A DNA stretch of 63,308 nucleotides, the filler included, from Choristocarpus tenellus KU-1152 (lineage: Eukaryota; Protista; Phaeophyceae): assembly GCA_964200185.2 (NCBI GenBank). It is 10 parts of 10 records of this genome, joined end to end, with 100 filler letters (N's around TTAATTAATTAA, not from the genome) between each part and the next. Parts side by side here need not be neighbours in the genome. Positions count along the whole stretch, not along the records: positions 21,374 to 30,701 come from CAXNAD020003775.1; positions 30,802 to 34,719 come from CAXNAD020017153.1; positions 34,820 to 39,428 come from CAXNAD020013808.1; positions 39,529 to 43,839 come from CAXNAD020015169.1; 6 more parts are not named here. One strand, 5' to 3'. The notes below the pieces were generated by a model. That model was given only the letters and a program-made list of their open reading frames with translations. It had not been told where the DNA came from and made no database searches. Shown piece by piece: positions 27,148 to 40,889 of this stretch (positions within the stretch are counted from its first letter, which is position 1; each line of letters opens with the position of its first letter). Both the position numbers and the translations under genes were made by a program.

Positions 27148-28801
27148 TGTAGTGTTTTGTGGTTTAATGGTAGAAGTATTCCGGCAACACCAAGGCGAAA
27201 TATTGAGCAAAGCAGTAATTAACACACTTTCCCAACACCATCTCATTTTCAGAGCATCACCGGCTGTGCCTTGAGCTGTAGAGCTCTATGTAGCTCTATG
27301 ATCGTCATGTGTTCAAGAGCTTCATGACAATGAGACAAGAGATCGAATGGCAGGAATAGTTCAGATCATAGACATGCGGAGCATATGTTCATGTCCTCAA
27401 CCATTTCCCCCACACTCCGACCAAGACAAACATTTTGGGTCTATAAACTACCGTCAACTCGTGTCTCTAGGACAGGTGATGCCGCTGTTTTTTCAATCCA
27501 TAATTTGTTTGTGCATATGCCCTTTTCTACGGACTCTTTATCTGGATGCTGCCACTATGTGTGCATGAAGCTTGGACTGCTTCATACCTAACCCAATTCT
27601 CGAGCCTGTGCACTGAGATCAAAAGCCTGCTCACATCATTATTTGCAATTTCTTGGAGACAAGTGTTGTGCGGAGTAGGTGCTGTGACACACTATCACCA
27701 CCACCAGTGGCATTTCGGGTAACCCATCATCATGTCGTAGCAGCCATCCACTGATAGCATACAATACGAAACCAGAACATTATTGGTGCCTACCACACAA
27801 CAGTATTGAAAATATTACCCAGAAAATTCTGTTTTTTTCTGTTGAAGATGTCTTTCAGATACACAACGAGAGGTAGATGCAGTTGTGCATGTATGGCATG
27901 TCAAGGGTATTGCATCACCCCAAGCGTACATCCTTGCATGGATCTAAGATAGCTAGATGGGGATGGCATACCTGCTTAGTCTAGTGTAGAGACCAGGACA
28001 CCATGGGCAGTGTACGCATTCTCCCATGCTATAATCAACAAGGCAGTGTACTCATGTGGCAAAAACATCATTTTGGGAATTGTGAACACATCTTAGTAAA
28101 CCGACACTATATGTGTATATATATATATATATTTGCTTCCACAGACCGTGCGCAGGGCGAGATTTCTCGAACTGAGAACAGGCTTCAAAGGGAAGATGGG
28201 TCAACAGGCCTCGTCATCAATGTATGGGGTGGACACCCAACAACCAGGTGGCCATTGGCACTCCCAATATATGTGTGGCCATTGTGACAACAGAGCAGGC
28301 ATGCTGAGCACTATGGATGGATGTACAATGGGATGCAGATGCCTGCTGACACAGGTGTGCCTGCCTGTATTGGTTGGTACCAAGTGCAGGAGTGTTGGCA
28401 GGGATTGTGTAATAAGAACAATGTCTGCACTTGGTATTGGAATTGCCTAACATTGAAGAAACAATGTGCGATAGCGAAGGCATTGGTGGGCTGTGCTAAG
28501 AATGCTAGGGCGAACAGGTAAAGGATGTGGCCATTTGTTGCTATGTGAAAGTCAAGAGTAGGGGCAGGCGCAGTAGTTCAAACACCCTGCATGAAACACT
28601 TGTACCTCTAAAAATTCATTGTAGCTTGTGTGGCCTTGACCCGACCTCCACTCCAGCACATTCAGTGGTTGCAATTAGTACCTATTAACACCTTAACCCC
28701 CAAAATCTGCTGAACAAGAACCCTATTGGCCTCTATCGTAGGTAGCAAGTGGGAAATGCATCACTTATCAATATACTATTAGTAACAATGCATGCCTTGA
28801 A

Positions 28802-29083
28802 TTGAACTACAAAAGTTATGGACAAGACGTAGAGAGTGAGTATTCCCGGAAAGGGTACTCTAGGCGAGGCACGAACCCGGGACCTTGTGAGTGTGAAGCA
28901 CGCATTATAGTCAACCAAACCACCAGAGCATCTTTAATCATACACTTTCCGCGAATGGTACCGATATTTAAAATACTAATACTTGAACATTCATACAAGA
29001 ATTTCATTATGGAACCTTCTTTCTTCAAGAGTGTGGGCATTTCTGCGAAAGATCCCTACCACGCAGATGCCTCTCAATCCTAA
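28802..29083 (+). mobile_element. Possible FAR1/Mutator-type zinc-finger remnant
   Basis: KGYSRRGTNPGPCECEARIIV..IFKILILEHSY resembles the R.S.R.GC.A.I.V..W.I..HNH pattern; isolated short ORF. Confidence 0.25.
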
Positions 29084-29602
29084 CCTGGCAATTCTAAGCA
29101 TGTTAATAACAACAATGCCCTATCCCACTCACCTATTGAATGCTAGTGGGTTATACTTGGATTTCTCTTGACTGCCCATCTTAGCTATAAACGACCTTTC
29201 TCTTTCTTTTTCTTATTCGTTTTTATTTGTTTTTATTTGTTTTTATCATCGTCGCTCCCTGGTTAAGTGATCAATTTTCCCTGCACGGGTTGCAGAGTGT
29301 ACCGACTATAACTCGGAAAGCAAGCTGGAAAAAAGGACAAGCCGCTTGTTGGTGACGGGCAACAGTCGTGTGGCTATGAATGGGGTACTCCACAAGAAAT
29401 CATGATGGCTGGAAAGATATGAGGAATGCTGATCATATTTCGTTGCATATGGTCAATGTGGGTGTTCAAATTCCAAGCCGAAAGGAGAAATGTAATGAAA
29501 TAGAGTGTATTGCACAGGGTGAGAATGATGGCTTAGAATGCAAGAGGGTTCAAACATGACTACCTCTCAATTGGTTTGGCGCAACGGTAGAGGGGAAGTA
29601 GA

Positions 29603-29862
29603 GAGTGAAAGTATCTTACAGGGTATAAATTTTTCCCTGTTTGTCCATTTGGGAATTGGCTTCCCATAATTTTTTTTATGACATTTACCTACTCCAAAAT
29701 GTTTAGGAGTAGGTCAAATGTATACGTTTATGAAAAGGTGTGCCCGGAACATGGATATTGATACTTCCTAATTAACATGATGGTCAAAATTACATCAAAA
29801 TCGTAACATTGGATTTTGGTCCCCAAATGGACGCGGCTCTACCCTCTAAGATACTTTGGCTC
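29603..29862 (+). mobile_element. MITE family A, intact 260-bp copy, TSD AGA
   Basis: TIRs gagtgaaagtatcttacagggta ... taccctctaagatactttggctc, with aga on both flanks. Confidence 0.92.
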
Positions 29863-30661
29863 AGAGAGAGGTCCTACCTACTGACCCCCAGGTCACTCTG
29901 TGAGGGAACTAGGATCAAATGCACTTGTATGTGAAACTAGTTACCAAAAAGTGTATTATTAATATCTATATTTTATACAATTTTATAATTATTATTAGTG
30001 TGAGGGTCCATTGAAAACCTTGTTTTTCTGTAGTGAAGCCTTGTCAGCTCCTCAAAGTTCTCTGCATTTTTATTGGTATATCAGTAGATGGGACAATAGA
30101 TGTGTATAATCCACAATGCTTTCCAAGTAGACTTTGAGTAATCGAAAGCAAATTTCACTAGAAGGGAGTCTGGTATTGATGTTATAGCATGCTCCAGAAA
30201 CTTACCTCCATAGGATGAATAATAGCTCCAATCCACAGGTATATAGATGACATTGATGCTCGAACATCCAGGACCTACTCGACATCTGATTATTGCCTGC
30301 CCTATGCCCCCCAAGCACAAAGCATTCTCAAGGCTGCTAGTGCGTAAAACAGGCAATGACAGATAAACAACAAAAATAAATAAATAATATAAAAATGACT
30401 AACGAAAGCAAAAATAAAAGTAAAAGAAGAAAAAAAGGTTAAGAAAATGTAAGTGTACGATATTCTTGAAAAAAATCGAAAATAAAAAAAACTACCATGG
30501 AAGACATTTATAATCTGATGTACAACACTAATTGGTTCAGACTTCCCTCTTCCTTCTTTTCCGTGACTATGACTATCGATACCTTACCCCCTTGTTCTGG
30601 CACACTTAACTGATCCTCACCTTATCCTCTGGGCAAACAGTGGTTACCTGTTGGATGTTGC

Positions 30662-30701
30662 GGGTCAAAGTATCTGAGGGGGGGTGTCGGCGTCCGTTTT
30701 T
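30662..30701 (+). mobile_element. Terminus of high-copy element D (GGGTCAAAGTATCTG-polyG); also at 34676, 39369, 44044(-), 56551(-), ~59100-59164(-), with GACCC variants at 59336 and 63279
   Basis: The same 13-15-nt terminus followed by a G-run recurs, almost always at contig ends. GTGTCGGCGTCCGTTTTT or a close variant follows the G-run where the sequence extends far enough. Confidence 0.8.
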
Positions 30702-30910
30702 NNNNNNNNNNNNNNNNNNNNNNNNNNNNNNNNNNNNNNNNNNNNTTAATTAATTAANNNNNNNNNNNNNNNNNNNNNNNNNNNNNNNNNNNNNNNNNNN
30801 NCCATCCCTCATTTCTTTTTACCCCGGATGTCTTAAATTTACTTTTCCTAGGCGAAACACCTCTGCCCCCCCCCCCCCCCTGCCTTGATGTGCCTCAACT
30901 GCTTTGATAG

Positions 30911-31533
30911 GGGATTGATGTTTTGCCATCAGGAGAGAGAGTTGGCTACAACAACATGATCTATCATGAGTATGAGGTGGGTATATATATATATATACTA
31001 TATACTATATACTATATATTGAGCCCCCCACCCCCCCCCCCCCCCCCCCACCCCCAACCTTCCTAACCCCACTCTCTTACCCACNNNNNNNNNNATTTAT
31101 ATATGGGGGGGGTATTTTTTTATATATATTATATTCTTATTTTTTTTTATTCGCCCCCCCCCCCCCCCCCCCCCCTGATGAAATGGACATTTTTTAACAC
31201 AGTTTCTATCAATGCAATAAGTGGTATATGCTACTGTCATTGGCTACAGCAGGGCTGCAGTATGGATTTGGTTCATAGATACTATTAATTCTATACTCAA
31301 TCTTTTTCTGTACACATTTGTTTGTTTGATTGTAGTAGTCTATCAGCCCGTGCCTGTGCCTGTGTGTGTGTGTGTGCTGAACACGGTAAGCAGGTTTTGA
31401 TAATTGTTTGGCGTTGTTCTTGCTGTGATTTTGGTAGGTTGAACGAATTTCCAAGGTGGCGTACGATGTGTCAATGAAGAGAGGAAAGCGGCTCTGTTCT
31501 GTTGACAAGGCTAATGTGCTTGATGTCAGCCAG
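30911..31533 (+). CDS. leuB: 3-isopropylmalate dehydrogenase, two internal exons
   Basis: Exons 30911-30976 and 31438-31533 give GIDVLPSGERVGYNNMIYHEYEVERISKVAYDVSMKRGKRLCSVDKANVLDVSQ; SVDKANVL is the family signature. Confidence 0.9.
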
Positions 31534-32226
31534 GTGAGGGCGTTGTTCCGTCCATGTCTTATGTGTGGGTTGTATGCTTTGCCAAGCTTTTTGTGTGTGC
31601 TTTGTATGTATGTGTGTGTGTGTGTTTGTGTGTTTAGAGTTGCTTGTGTCTTTATGTTGCTTTGGTGGACTGGATCTTCAGGATGGGATTGCCATGTGCT
31701 AAGGTTGTGGGGTATTGTAGTAGTATATGTTTCACTATTATTTTTTAGTTTCATTTTTTTTCTTTTCTGTAGAGGTTGATTCAAAATGATATGTTGTGAG
31801 GTTTCTGTGTAGATGTTTTTTTCGTTGTGCATATATAACCCGTCCTGCACTTTTTATAAAAATGATTTTATATTTTTATATTGATTCTTCACAGAAGAAG
31901 TGTAACTAACAAGATATTGGTAGCTATTGATACACACGGAGTGGTGTGTATTTGCAACTATCATAAAATCCCCCCTCCCCCCCACTTCAATGCTATTTCT
32001 ACTAGTCCAGCAGACTTTTCTTATCATTATTTTGAGGGGGTGGTTGGCTGAAAGTGTTATTTATTTCTCTCCTAACCCTAACTCTAACCCTAACCCTAGC
32101 CTCTATCGTGTATTATAATCCAACAAGCACTTTTGAAAATTATTGAGGGAATGGTTGACATAAGATTTGATATTCTTGCAGGGCCCTGGACTGTGATGCC
32201 TCAATTGCTAATTTTAGCAATGTTAT

Positions 32227-32472
32227 CTATTGACAACTATTCAAATGATACAATTGACAACTATTCAAATGATACTATTGACAACTATTCAAATGATACT
32301 ATTGACAACTATTCAAATGATACAATTGACAACTATTCAAATGATACTATTGACAACTATTCAAATGATACAATTGACAACTATTCAAATGATACTATTG
32401 ACAACTATTCAAATGATACTATTGACAACTATTCAAATGATACTATTGACAACTATTCAAATGATACAATTG
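32227..32472. repeat. 24-bp minisatellite, about 10 copies
   Basis: Unit ttgacaactattcaaatgatacWa with a single variable base and no spacers. Confidence 0.95.
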
Positions 32473-33467
32473 CAGTCCCGACGATTATGTGTGCGGGCAT
32501 AAAAAAATGTAGTAAATTGTTTTTAATACTTTATTTTTTTAGGTACTATTAATTTTATTTTATTGATCCCGTTACAGTAAGGTGGATTTTATTTTATTTT
32601 ATTTTATATTATTTTATTTCCCTGAGACCGCGCAGGGTAACATTATGAGGTGAACCATATTCTACTTAGATGTAAGGAAGCTGTTTCTTGGGTTGTCTGA
32701 CGGCAAGGAATCAAGGGAGCAGTTTAGTTTTTGTGTATGTGACACCTGTTACTGAGAATTGGAAGGATATAATTTTTTAATACAAATATTGATACAACTA
32801 GACTGTTGCCAACAACTAATTTGGGTTCTTTGGAGACGTGTTTATCCTCTTGTCATTTCCACCCTTAAGATGTTAAGCACCTCTCCTATCCTAAGCGACA
32901 GGGCTGCTATCACTTCATCGATCTCTTGGGCACTTGGTGCTTACTTCTCTTGCCTCAACCATGGTGTACATTCCACAAAACCTGTTTGGAAGCCTCCCAC
33001 AAGATCCTTGAGGTCTTCTGTGTTTGATATTTGTTCTCAGATCTCCGTTTGTGTTGACACAGGCGATCACAAGAGACAAGTCACAAGAGGCTGGTGGGTT
33101 AGTTCAGTCCATTCTTACTCCGAACAAAGCGTTGACACGAGCCTTAGACAATTCACACTCACACGGGCCATTTGTGCTTAATGCTGTTCTTGGTCGTTTT
33201 GTTACATCTTTGATGGTTGTTTTGTTCGCTCACCCTTTCCTTACTGTACTCTCCTCCCCTCAGCACGCTCCAAAGCCTGACCTTAAATGACTTGTTGTGT
33301 ATGTATCTTTTGGCACTAGTGTGAAAAGACCTGGTTCAAACTGTACTACTCTGGAGTGAAGCAATCCCGCTTAAGTCATTGAAGACTTGAGTCGTTTGCT
33401 TTTTCAGCTTCTAGAGGCGTGATTTAGGTCCAATGGGCTTGTTTTAGTACCTCCAGCCCAAAGTTTT

Positions 33468-33715
33468 GAACATCACTTCCTTGAAGGATGTGTTGAAGGT
33501 ATTGTGTTGCTAAGTTTGATCCGATTACAGAACATCACTTCCTTGAAGGATGTGTTGAAGGTATTGTGTTGATAAGTTTGATGCGATTACAGAACATCAC
33601 TTCCTTGAAGGATGTGTTGAAGGTATTGTGTTGATAAGTTTGATCCGATTACAGAACATCACTTCCTTGAAGGATGTGTTGAAGGTATTGTCTCGATAAG
33701 TTTGATCTGATTACA
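33468..33715. repeat. 62-bp minisatellite, 4 copies
   Basis: gaacatcacttccttgaaggatgtgttgaaggtattgtgttgataagtttgatccgattaca repeated four times. Confidence 0.95.
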
Positions 33716-33880
33716 AGTGGGATTCGATACAAAATCGAGGGAGCGTGATAGCTTGGGTCTACCCATTACTGTGTACATTATTCCAACCGGTGGAAAGAGG
33801 CACTGTACAATGGTAACATGGCAATAGTTCCCCATGGTAAGGCTGTTTAATGCGATAAAATGTTGTCATAATGTGTCACT

Positions 33881-34011
33881 GACTGTGATGTGTGGGTGAT
33901 GTCACGAGACAAGGGATGTTGATAATCTAAAATGAGATAATTGGAAATGATTGTGATGTGTGGGTGATGTCACGAGACAAGGGATGTTGATAATCTAAAA
34001 TGAGATAATTG
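33881..34011. repeat. 68-bp tandem duplication
   Basis: tgtgatgtgtgggtgatgtcacgagacaagggatgttgataatctaaaatgagataattg occurs twice. Confidence 0.9.
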
Positions 34012-35093
34012 CATGAAGTATTGTGAAACAAAGAGTGAATGGGAAGGAAACATGGCACCTCTATGAAGCACTATTAAACCTCGTGGAGTACACTGGGGCT
34101 GACTCACCCCTCAGCCACTCTACAGATAGAATATATTGAGTTGTTGGTTGAGCCCCCGAGATGGTGAGACTCCAAGGTGGAAAATCGGAGCAAAGGTAAC
34201 TGGAGTGCTTCACTTCAGGTACACAAGTAATTTACTATATTTCTGGTGGCAGTACTGAGCATCACAGACCAACAGGGTCGACCTGCATGAGCAAAATTGG
34301 TGAAAGTTTTGATTCGGCTTTGGGATGTTCCCATTTGCACTATTACTGTACAACACCTTTTGTGTATGCCACTGTGCATGGAATTTTCCTCCTTCCATGG
34401 TCTGTAGTGTCTGCTGCACTCTTTACCCAAGGGAAAGAGGGTGGGGTGGGGGGAATGGGATGCTAGGGTTAGAAACGGCAATGTACTGAAGGAGTGGGAT
34501 CTTGCTTATAGTGTCCTGTGGCTGGCTTGTGGGAGTGGTTATGAGGCTATGGACACTGACATCAGCGCCAGAAGAGGTGCATATGGGGTGATGAGGAGGG
34601 TTTGTGTGATCGTAAGGTGTAAAGAGGTTGCTCTGTTGGGTTGTGTATCTGTTGAGGAGACAAGGTTTTGCCACTGGGTCAAAGTATCTTGGGGGGGGTG
34701 TGTGGTTTGTGAGGGGGCGNNNNNNNNNNNNNNNNNNNNNNNNNNNNNNNNNNNNNNNNNNNNTTAATTAATTAANNNNNNNNNNNNNNNNNNNNNNNNN
34801 NNNNNNNNNNNNNNNNNNNGTGCCCCAACCAACCTCTCGATCCAGGTAAGACTCTGCTTGCCATCACCCATACAACAGGAAACATAATATGAGTGAGTAT
34901 TGATGTGTACATTTCTTTGACAAAAAGTCAAGGCATGTTTCATCCTACATTGAGTTCCTTGCAGTAAGTTGGCGTTAATGATTTCCAATGTTAAATCATT
35001 AAGAAAAAAACGTACAATTTAGGTCCCTTTAATTCGTTCAATCTCTGCTGCTCATGACCTGCCCTTTACCTGCCTTATATTGGAACAAACTAG

Positions 35094-37416
35094 GAGAATG
35101 CGTGGGGTCTGGCCCGGTATGCACGTGCTGTGCAGGAGGCTGGCCTTGTTCCCATTGTTGAGCCTGAGATCCTTATGGATGGTGACCACAACATCGCCAC
35201 CACTGCCGTTGTACAGGTGAATGAAAACTCTTTTTGGATGGAAATTCCCCTTCAGTAGGCATATAATGATTAGTTCCAAATCTTTCTTTCAAATTTAGTC
35301 TGGAGATGGATGTGCTCTTTGATGCTCATGATTGCTATCAATGTACCAGACCTGTACAAATAGCTGTACAGAACAGTGCCCAAAGGATGCAGCTTACAGC
35401 ATTGCTTAACCTTTTGTCCAATTGTTCTACGAAAATGTGTGCGCTCCTTGTCAATGTTGCTACAGGAGAAGGTGCTCTCCGCTGTGTACAAGGCCCTGGC
35501 TGACAACGGTGTTTTCCTTGAGGGCTCTCTACTCAAACCTTCCATGACCTGCCCCGGTGCTGACTGCCCAGAGCCAGTAAGTAGGGTTAGGATACAGTTG
35601 CCCACATGTCCTAAAATATATGTACTATTGTGCAAGTATTTAAAAAAGGTTCAAATATGGCACAATGGTATCTTCTACCTAATTCTTACTTTGTGTTTCT
35701 GTACGCAACCACATCGATGTCCAAAACAAAGTGGGAAGTTGCTATGTTTTGCCGAATTTGGCAGAGAGGTACTTGTGATTCTGTCTGCAGACTGATTAGT
35801 GTTTTGTCCATATCATGTATTTCCCTGACACCCACTTAAATGACCCCGGTACCCCTCTCCCTCCTTGTTACTCCTTCCCAGGTCACTTCCAAGGAGATTG
35901 CTGAGACAACTGTGCGAACCCTTGAGAGGTGTGTGCCCTCTGCTGTGCCCGGTATCACTTTCCTGTCTGGGGGCATGTCCGAGGAGGAGGCCTCAATGAA
36001 CCTTAACACCATGAACTCCTTCGAGCGTAAGGGCCCATGGTGAGTTGATGGTTAGCATTTTGCCTTTTTTCTGAGTTAACTCTGTAAATTTTGGCTTAAG
36101 TCGTGATGCTATGGACTTGACCATCCTGACTAGCCAAGTGGTTGATATATTACAAGCTACATGTTTTGATCGATTTGGCTCAATGCACGAGACGACAAAC
36201 AAAGCAGGAGGTATTTAGGTGTTAAATTGATGGTGTAGCTGTTGACCATATCTTGTCTGCGTAGGATACAATCTTTTATTGCCCACTTCATTTACTCAAG
36301 AGGGTAACCAAACTTTTCCCGACATTTCCTGTTTTGCAGGTCTCTTACCTTCTCTTTCGGCCGCGCCCTTCAGCAGTCTTGCCTTAAGGCTTGGCAAGGA
36401 AAGGCAGAGAACGATGGGGCTGCCCAGGTACATTATGGTGGCAAATTGCATTGACTGGCAGTTAGCTAAATTTATTTTGTGAAGCTGTAGCAATGGCAAT
36501 GCCACAATGAAGCAGTAAAGAAAGGAAGGTTATGATACGGTGAATGAGCAAGGAGAACGATTTTTGTTACTGTGTGATCATAATGAAGAATGCACTCTTT
36601 GTATGTCAAGTGTGTGTTTTACATCTGTCTTTTGGGCTAGGTCAGACTTTAAACTTGGGTTGTGTTTTTTATCCATGTACTTGTTTTCAACAATATATTG
36701 GACAGCTCGAAATATATTTGAGTTTTTAAGTTTTGCAAATGATACCAATCTTAATTGGTGTTGAACCTAGGACTGAAACTTGTGATTTCAGGGAAATTTA
36801 TATCTTTGCTTTTGACTGATCATTCCATGATTTGAATAATGCCTCAACAAAATATTCCAAATCCAAAATGATAAGATTCTGTTTGTACTTTATTGTTGTG
36901 AGGTTCAGGGAAGGACTTCCCTTCATTCAGTTCGATGCATACAAAACTTATCTATTCTGAATCCCTTCAATTTCTTTTGATTTGTTGCATTGATGCTTGG
37001 TATCAGGCTGCCCTCATGGCTCGTGCCCAGGCTAACTCTGAGGCCAACTTGGGCAAGTACGTGCCGGGATCTCAGCCATCTGCTGACGAGACCCTTTTCG
37101 TGAAGGTACGACCAATAGTTGATGGTATTCTGTTGTGAATGGGTGCAGCAGTTTGCATTGAGAGACTAGTGTTTGAGGACTGAATTCATTATAGAGTACT
37201 GATATCCTTCTATATTGTACCTCCGTGGAACTCATAAAGTACATGTAATGACACTTGAATGATTTGTTTTTCAAAAACTACTTACTCCTAGCGAGAATTT
37301 ATTGGCCATAATGTCGTTCATATATGAACCTATTTTACTGATCTTTCCCCTTTTTGCTTACATGGTATGCTTGTGTGTTTGCCCTTGTCTGTTTTCTACA
37401 GGGCTACAAGTACTAA
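35094..37416 (+). CDS. FBA: Class I fructose-bisphosphate aldolase (3' half)
   Basis: Exons 35094-35216, 35466-35576, 35882-36039, 36340-36427, 37007-37105 and 37402-37416 give [67 protein letters not shown]. Confidence 0.96.
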
Positions 37417-39575
37417 GCAATCATCATGATATAGGCCTGTGCAAGTAGAAGTTCATTATAAGCGGCCTTTGCAGGGAGTGCAGAACAACCGGTTTCAATT
37501 ATTGGGTGATGTGCTACGAATATGAGGCACTTGGTTTACAGCACTACTGAGACCATGACTTACCCTGTTTTGAGATGTGGCCATAGGCCAGGTAAAGGTT
37601 TTTCAGAGTTAGTTCGTTGAACTCCTGGATCGGGTGGGTGGAGGGAAGGGAGGTTTACAGGTAGACTGGAAGACCCTCTCCTGTGGTGTTGATAGACGTT
37701 AGTTGCCTTTTTCATTTGAGGGTGTGGTGGTGAAATGGAGGTGATAATGGCGCTCGCTGGGTAGGCTGTTGAAAGGATACATGTGACTTTCAATGCGCCG
37801 AGGGGAACATAATTTACACCAAGCTGTGTGATTTGTCCGTGTTCTTGTGTGTTGAGATCTGCAAACTCCACTCAAGGAAGGTGTCTCGTGTTTTTTGTTT
37901 GGGTTACATTGTGGGTCATGGTCTGAATAGTAGGTAAGCTTTGCTTCTCGTTTTTGTGATGGTAGACAAGAGAGGTAGAAATGAGATCCAGACCTAAATG
38001 GTCTATAAGAGTAAACTACACATCAAACACGAAACAGTCCATCACTAGTCTATGGAGTCGTCACTACATGGACTAAACTCTTGTGTCATTAACCTTGATC
38101 TACATTGATCTACATTGTATTAATCTTGTTTTTTATTTACATACAAGTTTGATGATCTCGACCTGCAGTCAGAGCCTCTACACGTTATATTGGAGTACGA
38201 AAATATATGAACTGCTATATTGTGACTAGTTGCGCTGGCTCTTTTCCTACCTTGCTCCTTGCCCTTTGGGATCGGCACTCCCACCGCTTGTCACCGAACT
38301 TTCGGGGTAGGTTTTTTATTCGGTGCGTTTTGTGGTACAAACACAAAACAGGATAGCGCAGGTGTACAATCCGTTGAACTCGTCCACACCGAATAGCACC
38401 ATCGAGACCAGATTTCCGAACAAAGTCTGCAAGAACTAGATGGGAGTGGGCGGAGGGAAGAGATAACCGAGGAACACGATAATGTTGAAGCTAAGTAGAT
38501 CATCCTCATGGCTCAGAGAGTAAGGCAGCCGTTAACCGCATTAACCTAAGTGAGTTTGAACCCTTCTACCTCAGACTTTGGAGCTGGAAACACTCTTTGC
38601 ATCACCTTCTACCTCCTCTGTCTGGGTCAATGTGTCATGACGCTATAATTATAGCAACAAACAACTGTAACTAACCCTTTTAGTGTGTGCTTTTGTGTTT
38701 GAGCTACATACACTGCTTTGTGTAAAAAAAAATAACATTCAAACCGCACCAGCTAGTCATTTGATTCTAACCACACGGTAGTCCAGGTCATAGTTTATTA
38801 TAGAGGAAATGGGGATATTATGCATATTTTATGTGTTTGTCCGGATTTTGGGTACTCTTGTTGCAGTTGGCATCATCTATCTGTTGATTTGCTGTTTGTA
38901 ATTTTTGCTATGTTCTAGGCTGCCATAAAATGTCATAGAGCTACCTCTAACAAGAAGAAGAGCAGCTGGAGCAGCAGAATAAGGAGGTATCCACTCCCAG
39001 TTCAGGAGTGTGTGTGTATCATTCTGTCCACTATCTCTTGATGTGTTAGAGTTGGGGCTGTGTTGAGTGGACTAAATACACAGCATCTTAGCAACAGTCC
39101 CTAGGTCTCTATTTAAGTACACTGTCAAAGCCTGAATAATGCAAATTGCACTCAAGCATCTCTTTGACCATTTTGTTAAGGTGTTTCTTGACACAATATT
39201 TTGAGCGGCGTAACAAATATTTACGTACTTCTATTATTGCTGCTGTAATTTACCTACTATTTGCCAGATTAGAAAGGAGGGTGGACACACAAGTTTGCTT
39301 GGGAGTAGGATATAGATAGACGCATACTCTTGACAAGTAACCGAACTGAAGAGATAACCGAGGCATGAGGGTCAAAGTATCTGGGGGGGGGGGGGGGGGG
39401 GGGGGGGGGGCCGTTTTTACCCTTTGTTNNNNNNNNNNNNNNNNNNNNNNNNNNNNNNNNNNNNNNNNNNNNTTAATTAATTAANNNNNNNNNNNNNNNN
39501 NNNNNNNNNNNNNNNNNNNNNNNNNNNNAAAAAAATATAATTTGTTTGTGTTTTAGTAGTGGTGTGTTGTATGGG

Positions 39576-39614
<39 letters not shown>

Positions 39615-39969
39615 AAGATAGTGACAGTAGAGCCAATGAAGAGAGGTTGGAAAAATGGAAGTGTGTAGGCGGAAGGAAGGTCAAGAAATTGTTTGTGGAA
39701 AAGTTGGAGCTCTAAAACCTTAACCCTACCTGGTATTAATCCTGTCGCTTTCTTTACTAACTAGGTTGCCTGCCCTCCCCAACCGGGGTCACATGCACAG
39801 TCTACCCCTATATTCGCTTGTCTCTCCTGACTACTAGATCAATACAAATTTTCAAGTTCTTTTTATGCACAACACTAGATTCACTCCTCCCAAGCCCACT
39901 CTTGAGTATAGGAATTGTGGATGTATGGACTGTTGGCCGGTCAAGGCAACATTAGTGGAAAATTAGAAT

Positions 39970-40093
39970 GAGATAAGGCATTTAAGAGGGTAGAGCGTCC
40001 GTTCAGGATCATAAATCCAATGTTGCGATTTTGATTAGTTTTGGCTATCGTGTTTGTTTAGCAAGTGTCGATACCCTTGGTCTGGACACATCC
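39970..40093 (-). mobile_element. Degenerate partial MITE family A copy
   Basis: agagggtagagcgtccgtt..aaatccaatgttgcgattttgat is the reverse complement of the family A right half. Confidence 0.7.
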
Positions 40094-40889
40094 TGTCCTA
40101 ATCCTAATATAGACACCTATCCCCTACTCCTGTGTATACCTCTCACCTTCAACAAATATAGTCAAACAAATACTTTAGTATATTCCCTAACATTCCCCTT
40201 CTCGATCCGTTTCTAGTACTTATCATGCACGGATGTCTCCAGTCCAATTTGTGTGCTTTCTTTCTTTCTTTCTTCAGTTCACCCAACTCCTGTACCTTCC
40301 TTTCCTTGTCCAAGGATTAGTCCTGTCATTTTCCTTTGAGCACGAGAGTTTGGGTTTGTTTGAAGTGGATTTGTACTGGAAACGAAAATAAAACCTGGGA
40401 CAGACTCACTGCGCCTATGGCCCACCATATTTTCCGTTCTTTTAATATGTATATATTTGAACATAAATTGTCCAAACTATCTAGTCTCCAGTATGATATC
40501 CTTAAGATGTTTGTTGTTACGGTGGGGTTGACGGAGGCGACTGTTAGCATGTTTGCGCAAGACGGCGTTGATGTGTTTGACATGTGTTGTCGAGAAGAAC
40601 GGAAAGAAATATACAACACAGATATTGGAAGTGAAAGAAAGATACGGAAAACAATTATAGTTGGAACATTGTTTTAGAAATTCTGTGAAAGTTCTCGATG
40701 GCAGTAAAGGCAAAGAATCCACCCAAACAAAAATACCCAGTTAGAAATTGGTTTTTCTACATTTGTTCAATATTACTGAAAGTTTAGTTGTAGGACAACG
40801 AAAAAATTTGGATATGATCTTTGTGTGCGAACAGACTGGATATTATTCAACAGAAAATACAGTTTTGAATAATACAAAGCGTGGCTTAC

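Noticed and set aside
32133-32552. ORFs with (IDNYSNDT)n or (LTTIQMIL)n repeats; CRISPR-like look
   Set aside because: A 24-bp unit with no stop codon in those frames gives open frames trivially. There are no spacers, no cas genes, and the context is eukaryotic.
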